Source: an uncultured Candidatus Rokubacteria bacterium
GTDB taxonomy: Bacteria; Methylomirabilota; Methylomirabilia; Rokubacteriales; CSP1-6
Assembly: GCA_963754315.1 (NCBI GenBank)
Contig: CAVWFS010000007.1
Coordinates: forward strand, 256,001 to 320,000
DNA length: 64,000 bases
Direction: 5' to 3'
Shown: positions 53,737 through 63,011 of the stretch, piece by piece
How the letters are laid out: every line of letters starts with the position of its first letter
Numbering within the stretch: position 1 is the first letter of the stretch
Notes under the pieces: model-generated
Told to the model about the DNA's origin: nothing
The model's input: the letters and a program-made list of their open reading frames with translations, nothing else
Databases searched by the model: none
Position numbers and translations under genes: made by a program

Positions 53737-54698
53737 CCGCACCCTGCCCGGTCGCCAAGAAACCGTCCTCCGAGGGAGGGTTCGCCTTGGTCGCGGTCCT
53801 GCTCGTTCTGGCCATCATCGGCATTCTCGGCGCCGAGTTCGCCTACTCGATGCGCCTCGAGGCGAGGGCGGCGTTGACCTACAAGGAGAGCGTGCTCGGG
53901 CTGCACTTGGCCGAAGCTGGAGTGCAGAATGCCCTGCGCGAACTGGTCGGACAGGGGCCCCGGGCCGCCATGGCCGAGGACGGGCAGCTCACCTTCTACA
54001 CGACGGGAAATGTTGCCGTGCCGCGGCTGAACCGAGAGAAGGTTGCCTACGGCGGTGGCCACTACTCTTACCGCATTACCGACGAGGCGTCCCGTCTCAA
54101 CGTCAACACCGTGACGGCGCAGTCTCTGCAGGCGCTCGATCGGTTGCTCCAATCCCTTGGGATCGAGAAGGAGGAGCGGGACATCATCAGTGACTCGATC
54201 CAGGACTGGCGCGACGGCAACGACGCGCATCGGGTCAACGGAGCGGAAAGCGACGACTATTATCTGAAGCTTCCCGTTCCCTACCGCGCCCGTAACGCTC
54301 CTATGCAGTCGATCAACGAGTTACTCCAGATCAAGGGTATGACCCCTGAACTCTTCCGGGGTACCGCCGAGCGGCCGGGCCTGGCCGAGTTCCTGACCGT
54401 AGCGACGCCGAATCCGGGGAATCCCAACATCAATACGGCGAGCCGCAGAGTGCTGGCAGCGCTTGGCCTCGCCGAGGCCGAAATCGTACAAATCGTGGCC
54501 ACGCGACAGGAAGTACCGTACGCTCAGACCCCGGGACAATTCACACGCGCCGGACTCACCGCTCAGTCGACGACCTATCGAATCGAAGCGGAAGGTGTGG
54601 TCGACGGCAAGGTCCGTGCCCGCGTCACGGCCATCGTCAGGAAGGTCGATCAACCCCGTCCGTCCATCACCGTACTCGACTGGTGGATGCACCGCTGA
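53733..54698 (+). CDS. gspK: Minor pseudopilin K
   Basis: GFALVAVL (no E5), AEAG, DEASRLNVN, DWRD, GAE and NINTA. Confidence 0.9.
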   Translation: MTAPCPVAKKPSSEGGFALVAVLLVLAIIGILGAEFAYSMRLEARAALTYKESVLGLHLAEAGVQNALRELVGQGPRAAMAEDGQLTFYTTGNVAVPRLNREKVAYGGGHYSYRITDEASRLNVNTVTAQSLQALDRLLQSLGIEKEERDIISDSIQDWRDGNDAHRVNGAESDDYYLKLPVPYRARNAPMQSINELLQIKGMTPELFRGTAERPGLAEFLTVATPNPGNPNINTASRRVLAALGLAEAEIVQIVATRQEVPYAQTPGQFTRAGLTAQSTTYRIEAEGVVDGKVRARVTAIVRKVDQPRPSITVLDWWMHR

Positions 54699-54775
54699 GC
54701 GCTTCGGGCATTGCCGGGCTCCGGGAATCGACTTAAAATGAGCGGCGACCCGACCTTCGGTCGTACTCTGACATT

Positions 54776-56218
54776 GTGATTCTTCCAACGACCAAGCTCG
54801 CCATCATCCTGGCCGGAAACCGCCTCATCGTGGCGGCCGTCCGCCGCCATCGCGCGGAGACGTTCGTCGTGGAGGAGGCGGAACAGCCGGTGACGGCGCT
54901 CCGCGCCGAGCTCGACGCCCGCAAGCTTGCCCCGCGCGCGGTCGCCCTCGGGCTCCCCCGGGCCTCGGTCACTGTCAAGCCGATCGACTTTCCTCTCGTC
55001 AGCGGCAACATGCGCGAGATGGTCCGTTTCGAGCTCGAGCGCCACGTCCCGTTTCCCGCCGATGACGCCGCCTTCGACTTCACACTCGTTCCCGCCAACG
55101 TGAACGGGTCGGCCACCCCCGGGACCCGGCGCCTCCTGGTGGCGGGCGCGGACCGCCGGGTAGTGGAAAGTGCCCTGCGTATCGCCGACGAGGCCAAGCT
55201 CAAGACCACCTCGGTCACGGTGGCGTCGCACGACCTGCTCTGGCTGGTCAAGCTCGAGCGAAAGAGCCGCACCGTGTGGGTCCACAAGAGCCCCCTTGGC
55301 GTCGATCTTCTCTTCGTGGCAAACGCCCAGCTCGTGATGAGCCGGGCACTCCCCGGCGCCAGCGACGAAGAAATCGCCAGTGAGATCCGTCAAAGCCTCA
55401 CCGTGCTCCGCTGGCGAACATGTGACGCCATTTGGCTGTCGGGTGAATCGGAGTATGTCGGCACTGCGTTTGCGCCACTGGGCGCGCCGGTCTCGGCGCC
55501 TCCCTACACGGCCACCGCCCGGCATCTCTTGGGGGGCCTTGAGCGCGAGACCGATTCCACCCGTAGTTTGGGCGAGCTGGCCATCGCAGTCGCCGCGCGG
55601 CACGGGGCGCGGCCGCTCGATCTCATCCCCGACGCGCGCCGCCCGCGTCGAATCACGCGCACCCAGTGGGCGACCATCGGAACCCTGGCTGCGACCCTCA
55701 TCCTGGGTGCGGCTGCACTCCTATATCCCGGATACCGGGCTAGTCGATACCTGGCGTCCGTCAATCGGAAGATCGAAGCGCTGACACCAGAGGTGCGCGC
55801 GGTGGAGCGGGTCCAGGGAGAGCTCGAGCGCAAGCGCAAGCTACTCGCCAGCATCGTGGCCATCGAGGCGAACGCCGCCCGGCCGTTGCCCGTCTTGCGC
55901 GAGCTGACGGAGGTCATCCCGTCCGAGGCGTGGCTCAGCAGCCTGTCCCTCGATACGAAAGGTGTCGAGCTCACCGGGCAGGCTGCATCCGCGAGCACCC
56001 TGATACCTCTGCTCGAGAACTCTCCCCGGCTCGAGAGAGTCGAGTTTTCGTCGCCGGTGACGCGCGGCCGAGACAAGGAGCAGTTCCGTATCAAGGCGTC
56101 CTGGGAGGTGCAGGGTCGGCCCGTGACTCCCCCGCCCGCTGCCGGCGCGACGCCCCCGGCCCGACCGCGACCTGCTGGCCCCGGCCCGTTGACCGCTCCA
56201 GGTGGGTCGCCGCGATGA
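54776..56218 (+). CDS. gspL: GspL-like protein (PilM-like cytoplasmic part plus PilN-like domain)
   Basis: FELERHVPF, TM, coiled coil, WLSSL..LTG..LENSPRLERVEF. Confidence 0.75.
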   Translation: MILPTTKLAIILAGNRLIVAAVRRHRAETFVVEEAEQPVTALRAELDARKLAPRAVALGLPRASVTVKPIDFPLVSGNMREMVRFELERHVPFPADDAAFDFTLVPANVNGSATPGTRRLLVAGADRRVVESALRIADEAKLKTTSVTVASHDLLWLVKLERKSRTVWVHKSPLGVDLLFVANAQLVMSRALPGASDEEIASEIRQSLTVLRWRTCDAIWLSGESEYVGTAFAPLGAPVSAPPYTATARHLLGGLERETDSTRSLGELAIAVAARHGARPLDLIPDARRPRRITRTQWATIGTLAATLILGAAALLYPGYRASRYLASVNRKIEALTPEVRAVERVQGELERKRKLLASIVAIEANAARPLPVLRELTEVIPSEAWLSSLSLDTKGVELTGQAASASTLIPLLENSPRLERVEFSSPVTRGRDKEQFRIKASWEVQGRPVTPPPAAGATPPARPRPAGPGPLTAPGGSPR

Positions 56219-56778
56219 TGAGCTCTCTCTCCCGGCGGGAACGGCGGCTCATCATGGGAGCGGTGGCGGTGGCGGTCCTCGTGGGGGGCTGGTTGCTGCT
56301 CGTCGAGCCCGCCATCGAACGCAACCGCATCGCTCAGGAGGTGATCCCTGCTCGGCAGGAGCTTCTCGCTCGCCGTCTCGAGCTGGTGAGCCGTAAAGAT
56401 GCCATCGCTGGGGACCTGGAGGCGGTGAACGGGAAGATCAATACGCTCGGCGGACGGTTTCTCACCGCCGCCACACCAGGCGTCGCCGCCTCTGAGCTCC
56501 AGAAAATTGTCAAGGATACGGCGGGACAGGTGAACACCGAGGTCCGGAGCGAGCGGATCCTTCCGACGGTCGATCGCGGCGAGATCTTAGAGGTCCCCAT
56601 CGAGATCACCGTATCGGGCGAGATCCGTCAGCTCGTGGATCTACTGGCGCGGCTTGAGACGGCCCCCAAGCTCTTGACCATCCAGGACCTGAAGCTTCGG
56701 GTGGTGAACGTGAGTCAGCCCAAGGAGATCTTGGCCACGGTCACCCTGTCGGGTTACCTCTTGACGGGCCGGGGCTAA
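56215..56778 (+). CDS. gspM: GspM/PilO-like protein
   Basis: LSRRERRLI plus TM, LLARLE; position in operon. Confidence 0.8.
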   Translation: MMSSLSRRERRLIMGAVAVAVLVGGWLLLVEPAIERNRIAQEVIPARQELLARRLELVSRKDAIAGDLEAVNGKINTLGGRFLTAATPGVAASELQKIVKDTAGQVNTEVRSERILPTVDRGEILEVPIEITVSGEIRQLVDLLARLETAPKLLTIQDLKLRVVNVSQPKEILATVTLSGYLLTGRG

Positions 56779-56781
56779 CCG

Positions 56782-57516
56782 ATGCCGAAGGGTCTTCTGA
56801 TCGGCAACGCGGTTCTCCTGGCCGCCGTGGCGCTCTTTGTCGTGTTGATGGTCCGCACGGCGCGAACACCGTGGCCCGCGCCGAGTCCCGTTCGCCCACG
56901 CCCGGCGCCGGCCCAGAGTGCGCCGCCTGGGGAGGCCGACGCCAAATCCCCGCCCACGCCCCAGACCTATGCGATCATCGCAACCCGTAACCTCTTCAGC
57001 CCAACCCGGACCGAGGCCCCGCCGCCGCCAGCGACTGCTTCGCCCGCGGTGGTGCTACCAAAGCCGAACCTGTACGGAGTCGTCGTGGGGGAGAGCGCGC
57101 CGATCGCCTACCTGGAAGATCCAGTGACCAAGCGCGTCGGCGGATACCGGCTGGGTGACACGATCGCCGGGGGAACCGTGAAGGACATCACGCGTGACCG
57201 GGTCACGTTGGCGCGCCCCGAAGGCAATATTGATATTCGCTTGCATGACCCTTCGCGGCCGCGTCCTGCTGCGCCACCGCCGGCAGCGCCCGGGACACCT
57301 CCCGTCCCTGGCGCCCAGCCTCCGCGCCCTGCTCCGGTGACGCCCCCAACAGTGGGCCCGACACCCACACCTCCCACCCCAGAGGCGGGAACCCCACCAC
57401 GCCGGACCTTACCTCCGAACCTCTTGCGGCGCCTTCCGACAGGCGGCTCCAACCGATGCGCCCCAACAGTAGCCTGCGCCCCGCCCTGGGTGTGGTCATG
57501 CTGGTCAGCCATCTGA
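56782..57516 (+). CDS. GspC/GspN-like accessory protein, Pro-rich
   Basis: N-terminal TM, RNLFSPTR, LYGVVV..AYL..GDTIAG; C-terminal end uncertain. Confidence 0.65.
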   Translation: MPKGLLIGNAVLLAAVALFVVLMVRTARTPWPAPSPVRPRPAPAQSAPPGEADAKSPPTPQTYAIIATRNLFSPTRTEAPPPPATASPAVVLPKPNLYGVVVGESAPIAYLEDPVTKRVGGYRLGDTIAGGTVKDITRDRVTLARPEGNIDIRLHDPSRPRPAAPPPAAPGTPPVPGAQPPRPAPVTPPTVGPTPTPPTPEAGTPPRRTLPPNLLRRLPTGGSNRCAPTVACAPPWVWSCWSAI

Positions 57517-59848
57517 GCGCTTGCGCGACCGCGCCACCCAAACCGGTGCCGGCGCCGTCGCCGCCTTCCGTATCCGTCACCGACCGAACCCGTTTCGCCC
57601 AAGGCCGAGACGCCTCCTCCTGCTCCGGCTCTTCCACCGGTAACGATCGGGCCCCGACCATCCACTCCGCCCGCGCCTCCCGAGGCGAAACCAGCGCCCG
57701 CGCCTCAGCCGGCACCACCGCCACTTCCGTCACCGCCCGCTCCACCCGCAGCGTCGCCCGCGCGCGGGCGCAATATCGTCTTGAATTTCGACAACGCGGA
57801 CATCGAGACGGTGATCCAGGCCGCGAGCGAGATCGTCGGGTTCAACTACGTGCTGGCCCCGGACGTGCGCGGCAAGGTGACTGTCCAGACTGCTGGCCGT
57901 ATCCCTCAGGAGGACGTGTTCGGTGTCCTCCTGGCTATCCTCGAGGTACACGGCTTCACGGCCGTCAAGTCGGGCAACCTCTACAAGATGATCAAGATCG
58001 AGGGGGCTCGCGAACGAGCCGTTCCCACCATCGTGGGGGCCATGCCTGATGCCGCGCGTCCTGACGACGAGATCATTACCCAAATCGTGGTGGTGCGCTA
58101 CGCATCGGCGACCGATCTCACCACGCTCCTGCGTCCCATGATCTCGGCCCGAGGCTCCCTGGCCGCCCACCGCGAAACGAACGTCTTGATCGTCACCGAC
58201 ACCGCCGCCAATATCAGGCGTTTGCTCGATATCGTCCGCCTGGTCGACGTCGAGGTCGCCCTCGACGAGCTTCAGATCATTCCCATCCGCTTCGCGGATG
58301 CCAACGACCTGGCGACCATCCTGAACCAGCTCTACCAGAGCGGTCGGGTCAGGACGGCCGCCGGTCCGGCGCCACCGGGTGTCGCGGCTTCCGCCCCCGG
58401 TGGCCCCGCCTGGAGCGGCCCCCGTCCCAGGGCGCCCGCCAGGGCCGGCGACAGCAGAGGCAACGGGGGTGGAGCGCGCGCCGTTCATCATCGCCGAGCG
58501 GCGCTCGAACTCTCTCGTCATCCACGCCCGCCGGCGGGACATCGAGACCATCAAGCGCCTGATCGAGCAGCTCGACCAGAACATCTACAGTGGTCGCCGC
58601 GTGTTCGTCTACTACGCGGAGAACGCCAAGTCCAAGGACCTGGCGTCAACCCTGAACGCGATCTACGGCTCGGGCCCGACCACGACCACGTCGACGCCGA
58701 CCACCCCGACCACGCCTTCCTATGGGCCCGGTGGCCGCGCACCAGGACCGGCGCCGTCGCCCCCGTCGGCAGCGGCGGGACCGGCTCAGGTTGGGGCGGG
58801 TCTGGTCCCCGAGGCGGGTATCCTGGAGGGCCAGGTTCGTTTCATCGCCGATGAGACGACCAACGCCGTCATCGTCACCACGTACCAGCGGAGCTGGGAA
58901 GAGCTCCAGGAGACCATCAAGCAGCTCGATCGGATGCCGCGCCAGGTGCTCATCGAGGTCCTGGTCACCGAGGTCACGCTCACCAATGACTTACGGCTCG
59001 GGCTCGACTGGGCAATCCGATCGGGTAAATTCCAGATCTCCTCGACGACGGGCCGTTCACCCGACTTAGCCGATTTCTTTATCTCCGGGGCGACCGGCCT
59101 CCTTCCGGCGGTCGGCTCCGGCGGCCTGACGGCCCTGGCCTTCTCCGCTGGCGAGTTCGCGGCCCTGCTCAACGCGTTGGCGGCCCAGAACCTCCTGAAC
59201 ACGCTCTCGAACCCGCATGTCCTTACCTCTGAGAACAAGAAGGCGGTTATCAACGTCTCGCAGTCGGTCCCGATCATTACCAGCCAGCAGGTTCCGCTGG
59301 GGGCAGGGACGGCGGGCGACAACGCGGCGATCGTCGGCACGCAGTCGGTCGAGTATCGCGACGCCGGTGTGGTCCTCACCGTCACCCCGCGCATCGGAGA
59401 ACGGGGGACGGTCGCCCTCGATGTCAAGCAGGAGGTCAACGACATCGGACCGAACCAGCCGCCCACCTTCTCGCCGATCATCATCAAGCGTGAGGCGGAG
59501 ACATCGGTGGTGCTCCTGAACAATCAGACCTTGGTGCTGGGCGGACTGATCAGGGACAAACGCACCCTCGACGATCGGGGCATTCCGCTTCTCAAGGACA
59601 TCCCGTACCTGGGCTACCTCTTCGGGTTCAAGGAGAACAAGGTCGAGAAGACCGAGTTACTCATGTTCATCACCCCGCGTGTGATAGGCACCGCGCTCGA
59701 TGCCGCACGGGTCACCGACGAATACCGCCGGGCCACACCAGTTCTCGAGGAGTCGATCAAGCGGGCACCCCGCCAGCTCAAGATCGGGCCAATCCCTCCC
59801 CCTACCGCGCCGAGTCCACCGAGTCCGCAGACCCCGCCGGCTCCCTGA
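57456..59848 (+). CDS. gspD: Type II secretion secretin (several frameshifts), lipoprotein-type N-terminus
   Basis: LSAC lipobox; NFDNADI N0; N-domains; QVLIEV, VTPRI, LGGLI, IPLLKDIPYLGYLF and ITPRV. Confidence 0.9.
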
Positions 59849-59861
59849 TCGGAACGACGTC

Positions 59862-60647
59862 GTGCGGCTCTCGCAGACCTTGATCGGCATGGTGCACCTG
59901 GCACCACTCCCCGGCAGTCCGCGCTGGGAGGGCTCCATAGACCGCGTCCGCCAGCACGCCCTCACCGACGCCCAGGCCCTCGCCGAGGGTGGCTTCGACG
60001 CGATCCTTGTCGAGAACTTCGGCGACGTGCCGTTCACCGCTGGCCGCGTCGAGGCTTCCACGGTGGCCGCCATGAGCGTCGTGATTGCGGCCATGCGCGC
60101 CGCGCTACCCGGGATCCCGCTTGGTGTCAACGTGCTGAGAAACGATGCACGATCTGCGTTGGCCATCGCGTCTGCCACCGGAGCCGCCTTCATCCGCGCC
60201 AACGTCCACGCGGGGGCGGTGGTGGCCGATCAAGGGCTGCTTCAGGCCGACGCCTACGGGACCCTTCGCGACCGTCGTCTGCTTGGAACCGATGTGGCGA
60301 TCTTCGCCGACGTGCAGACCAAGCATGCGGCGCCTCTGGCCCCCGTCGAGCTCGAGGCGGAGGCGCGTGACCTCGTGCATCGGAGTCTTGCCGATGCGGT
60401 GATCGTGACCGGGCGAGCGACGGGTGAGGCGGCGGCTCTCGCCGACCTCAAGCGGGTGCGCAGCGTGGTGCCCGAGGTCCCCGTGCTGGTGGGCAGCGGG
60501 GTCACCGCGGAGTCGGCGGCCGAGTTGCTCGCGATCGCGGATGGCCTGATCGTCGGAACCTGGATCAAGCGCGAGGGGCGCATCGAGAACCCCATCGACG
60601 GGGCACGCGTGCGCCGGTTGGTGGATGCCGCGCGGGCGGCGCGTTAG
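59862..60647 (+). CDS. btpA: BtpA/SgcQ-family TIM-barrel protein
   Basis: IGMVHLAPLPGSP, ENFGDVP, GVNVLRND, KHA, TG..TG and GSGV. Confidence 0.9.
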   Translation: MRLSQTLIGMVHLAPLPGSPRWEGSIDRVRQHALTDAQALAEGGFDAILVENFGDVPFTAGRVEASTVAAMSVVIAAMRAALPGIPLGVNVLRNDARSALAIASATGAAFIRANVHAGAVVADQGLLQADAYGTLRDRRLLGTDVAIFADVQTKHAAPLAPVELEAEARDLVHRSLADAVIVTGRATGEAAALADLKRVRSVVPEVPVLVGSGVTAESAAELLAIADGLIVGTWIKREGRIENPIDGARVRRLVDAARAAR

Positions 60648-61788
60648 CACGAGGCACCTGGCCGCGGCTGGCCGCGCCATTGTCCTCAGCATTGCCCTCC
60701 TCGTCGCGGCCTGCCAGTCGGCCTTCCCGCGCGAGCGTCAACGCCGCCCCACCCCGCCCACGGATCTTGGCGGGCTGGTGCTCGTCGGGTTCCAGGGAAC
60801 CGAGGCCCAGGGCAACCGGGAGCTCGAGGATCTTCTGTGTCGGGTCAAGGTGGGAGGCATCATCCTGTTTGCGCGAAACATCACCGATGCCGCCCAGGTT
60901 GCTCGCCTCACGCGCGAGGCGAGCGAGATGAGCCGCGCCTGTACCGGTCGCCCCCTGCTCATCGCGACCGATGCCGAGGGCGGGCAGGTCATGCGCCTGG
61001 GGCCCAACGCGGGCTACACGCCAACCCCGTCCCACCAGGACCTGGGCAACGCCAACGACCTCGCCATGACCGAGCTGGAGGCGCGACGCATCGGGCGCAT
61101 GCTCCACGAGGCCGGTATCAACTGGAACCTGGCCCCGGTGGTCGACGTGGGCTACAACCCCGCCAATTCCGTGATTGTCCGCTCGGCGAGGAGCTTCGGT
61201 GCGGGCCCGGCGCTGGTCACCAATCACGCTCGCGCATACATCCGTGGCATGCACGCCGAAGGCATTCTGACCGCGCTCAAGCACTTTCCCGGTCACGGCT
61301 CGAGCTTCGCCGACTCACACCTCGGCTTCGTGGATGTCACGCAGACAGCCAACCGTGATGTCGAGATGCTGCCGTACCGGGCGCTCATCGGTGAAGGTCT
61401 CGCCGACAGCGTCATGACGGCTCATGTCTTCAATCGTCACCTCGACACCAGGTACCCCGCGACCCTTTCGAGCAAGACGATCCGCCGCCTCCTTCGCCAG
61501 GCGCTGCGCTTCGACGGAGTCGTGGTGAGCGACGATCTGCGCATGGGCGCCATCGAGAAGCACTACGGTCTCGGCGAGGCGGTGGTGATGGCCCTGCGGG
61601 CGGACGTCGATCTGCTCCTGATCGGCTCCGATCGTCTGCCCGACGGCAACTCCGGCGCCCAGACGACGGTGACTGCCCTGCATGCTGCCCTGGCCGCGGG
61701 GCGACTGGACGCCAAACGCGTGTCCACCGCCCTCCGCCGGGTCGATGCGTTGCGGGCGCGAGTAGGGGCCGCTCGGCTGGCCGACTAG
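60625..61788 (+). CDS. nagZ: GH3 beta-N-acetylhexosaminidase, predicted lipoprotein
   Basis: LVAAC lipobox, DAEGG, APVVD, KHFPGHG..DSH and SDDLRM. Confidence 0.88.
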   Translation: MPRGRRVSTRHLAAAGRAIVLSIALLVAACQSAFPRERQRRPTPPTDLGGLVLVGFQGTEAQGNRELEDLLCRVKVGGIILFARNITDAAQVARLTREASEMSRACTGRPLLIATDAEGGQVMRLGPNAGYTPTPSHQDLGNANDLAMTELEARRIGRMLHEAGINWNLAPVVDVGYNPANSVIVRSARSFGAGPALVTNHARAYIRGMHAEGILTALKHFPGHGSSFADSHLGFVDVTQTANRDVEMLPYRALIGEGLADSVMTAHVFNRHLDTRYPATLSSKTIRRLLRQALRFDGVVVSDDLRMGAIEKHYGLGEAVVMALRADVDLLLIGSDRLPDGNSGAQTTVTALHAALAAGRLDAKRVSTALRRVDALRARVGAARLAD

Positions 61789-62693
61789 CTCCGAGGCGCG
61801 AGGCGATCGAGGAAGGTCGCCAGGAAGGCCTCTCCGTCCACCTGCATGGCGGCTCGGCAGTTCGGGGCGCCCGGCGATCTGCGGGTCTCCCCGTCGGGCC
61901 CCACCTGCAAGCGCAGAGGTTCCCATTCGACGAAGTGTTCGACGACCGCGGTGCCCACCGCCAACGGGTCGTGGAGCGCCATGCCCGGCTGGCCGTGCGT
62001 CGACTCGGCGCGAAAGGCGCTCGCCGTGAACGCGGCGATCCATTCGCCGAGTGGCCTCGGGGCCGCCGCGAGCGCTGCCACCAACCGGTCACGGGTGAGG
62101 ATGACCTGGCGGGTGACATCGAGGGGAACGAGGTCGATCGGCAGCCTTGCCCCGAGCACATGCGCTGCCGCTTCCGGGTCGACGTGAATGTTGAACTCCG
62201 CCGTCGCCGTGACATTACCCGGAACGTCGACCGCGCCCCCCATGATCACGAGCCGGCCGATTCGGCCCATGGCCTCCGGATCGGCCCTGAGGGCCAGGGC
62301 AACATTGGTGAGGGGCCCCAGCGCAATGATGGACAGGGACGGTCCGTAGTGCCGGGCGATCCTGACCATCAGTTCGACGGCGCCGATGGACGTGGGAGCG
62401 ACGGCCGTCATCGGCCAGGTACCGGCATCGCCGAGACCGTCCTCCCCGTGGTAATGCGTCGCCGTCACCCCCGGCCGCGCAAGGGGCGCTGACGCCCCCA
62501 CCGCGATCACCGGCCTCGGCCGGGGTTGACGCAGGGCGACGAGTCGGCACGCATTCCGGGTGGCCAGCTCGACGGCGACGTTCCCTGACACCGTGGTGAG
62601 GGCATGCACCTCGAGCTCGGGCGACCCCCAGGCCAGAAGGAGGGCGAGCGCGTCATCGACCCCTGGATCGGTGTCAATGAGCACGGGTCTCAC
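61785..62693 (-). CDS. Inosine/uridine-preferring nucleoside hydrolase
   Basis: DTDPGVDDA, GPLTN, MGG, AEFN..DPEAA and LHDP. Confidence 0.93.
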   Translation of the reverse strand: MRPVLIDTDPGVDDALALLLAWGSPELEVHALTTVSGNVAVELATRNACRLVALRQPRPRPVIAVGASAPLARPGVTATHYHGEDGLGDAGTWPMTAVAPTSIGAVELMVRIARHYGPSLSIIALGPLTNVALALRADPEAMGRIGRLVIMGGAVDVPGNVTATAEFNIHVDPEAAAHVLGARLPIDLVPLDVTRQVILTRDRLVAALAAAPRPLGEWIAAFTASAFRAESTHGQPGMALHDPLAVGTAVVEHFVEWEPLRLQVGPDGETRRSPGAPNCRAAMQVDGEAFLATFLDRLAPRS

Positions 62694-62745
62694 CAGCAGC
62701 CCTCCCGAGAATCTTCGTCCATGCTCATGCCATCGTAAGACCGCA

Positions 62746-62754
62746 TGGTAAAAT
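62746..62754 (+). promoter_or_regulatory. Extended -10 promoter of the Rdx selenoprotein gene
   Basis: TG-G-TAAAAT, followed by SD GAGGAG. Confidence 0.6.
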
Positions 62755-62783
62755 ATGCAGTAGTCTCGAGGAGAGGAGACGCG

Positions 62784-63011
62784 ATGGATATCGAGATCCT
62801 GTACTGCGCAGAGTGAAACTACCTTCCCCAGGCCTCCAGTTTGCAGGCCGCCATCAAGGGTCGATACGGCATCACCCCCAAGCTCCGTGAAGGCATCGGC
62901 GGAATCTTCGAGGTGTTCCTGAACGGCGAAAGCGTGTATTCGAACCAGACGACGTACCGGTTTCCGTCGGACGAGGAGATCTTCGAGAAGATCGACGCCC
63001 TCAAACGGTAA
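62784..63011 (+). CDS. Rdx-family (SelW/SelT/SelH-like) selenoprotein, 75 aa, in-frame UGA at 62814
   Basis: MDIEILYCAE-U-NYLPQASSL...GGIFEV...RFP, ends TAA 63011; strong SD; hairpin after the UGA. Confidence 0.88.
62831..62849 (+). promoter_or_regulatory. Putative bacterial SECIS hairpin
   Basis: GGCCT-CCAGTTTGC-AGGCC starting 14 nt after the UGA, apical G 23 nt downstream. Confidence 0.6.
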
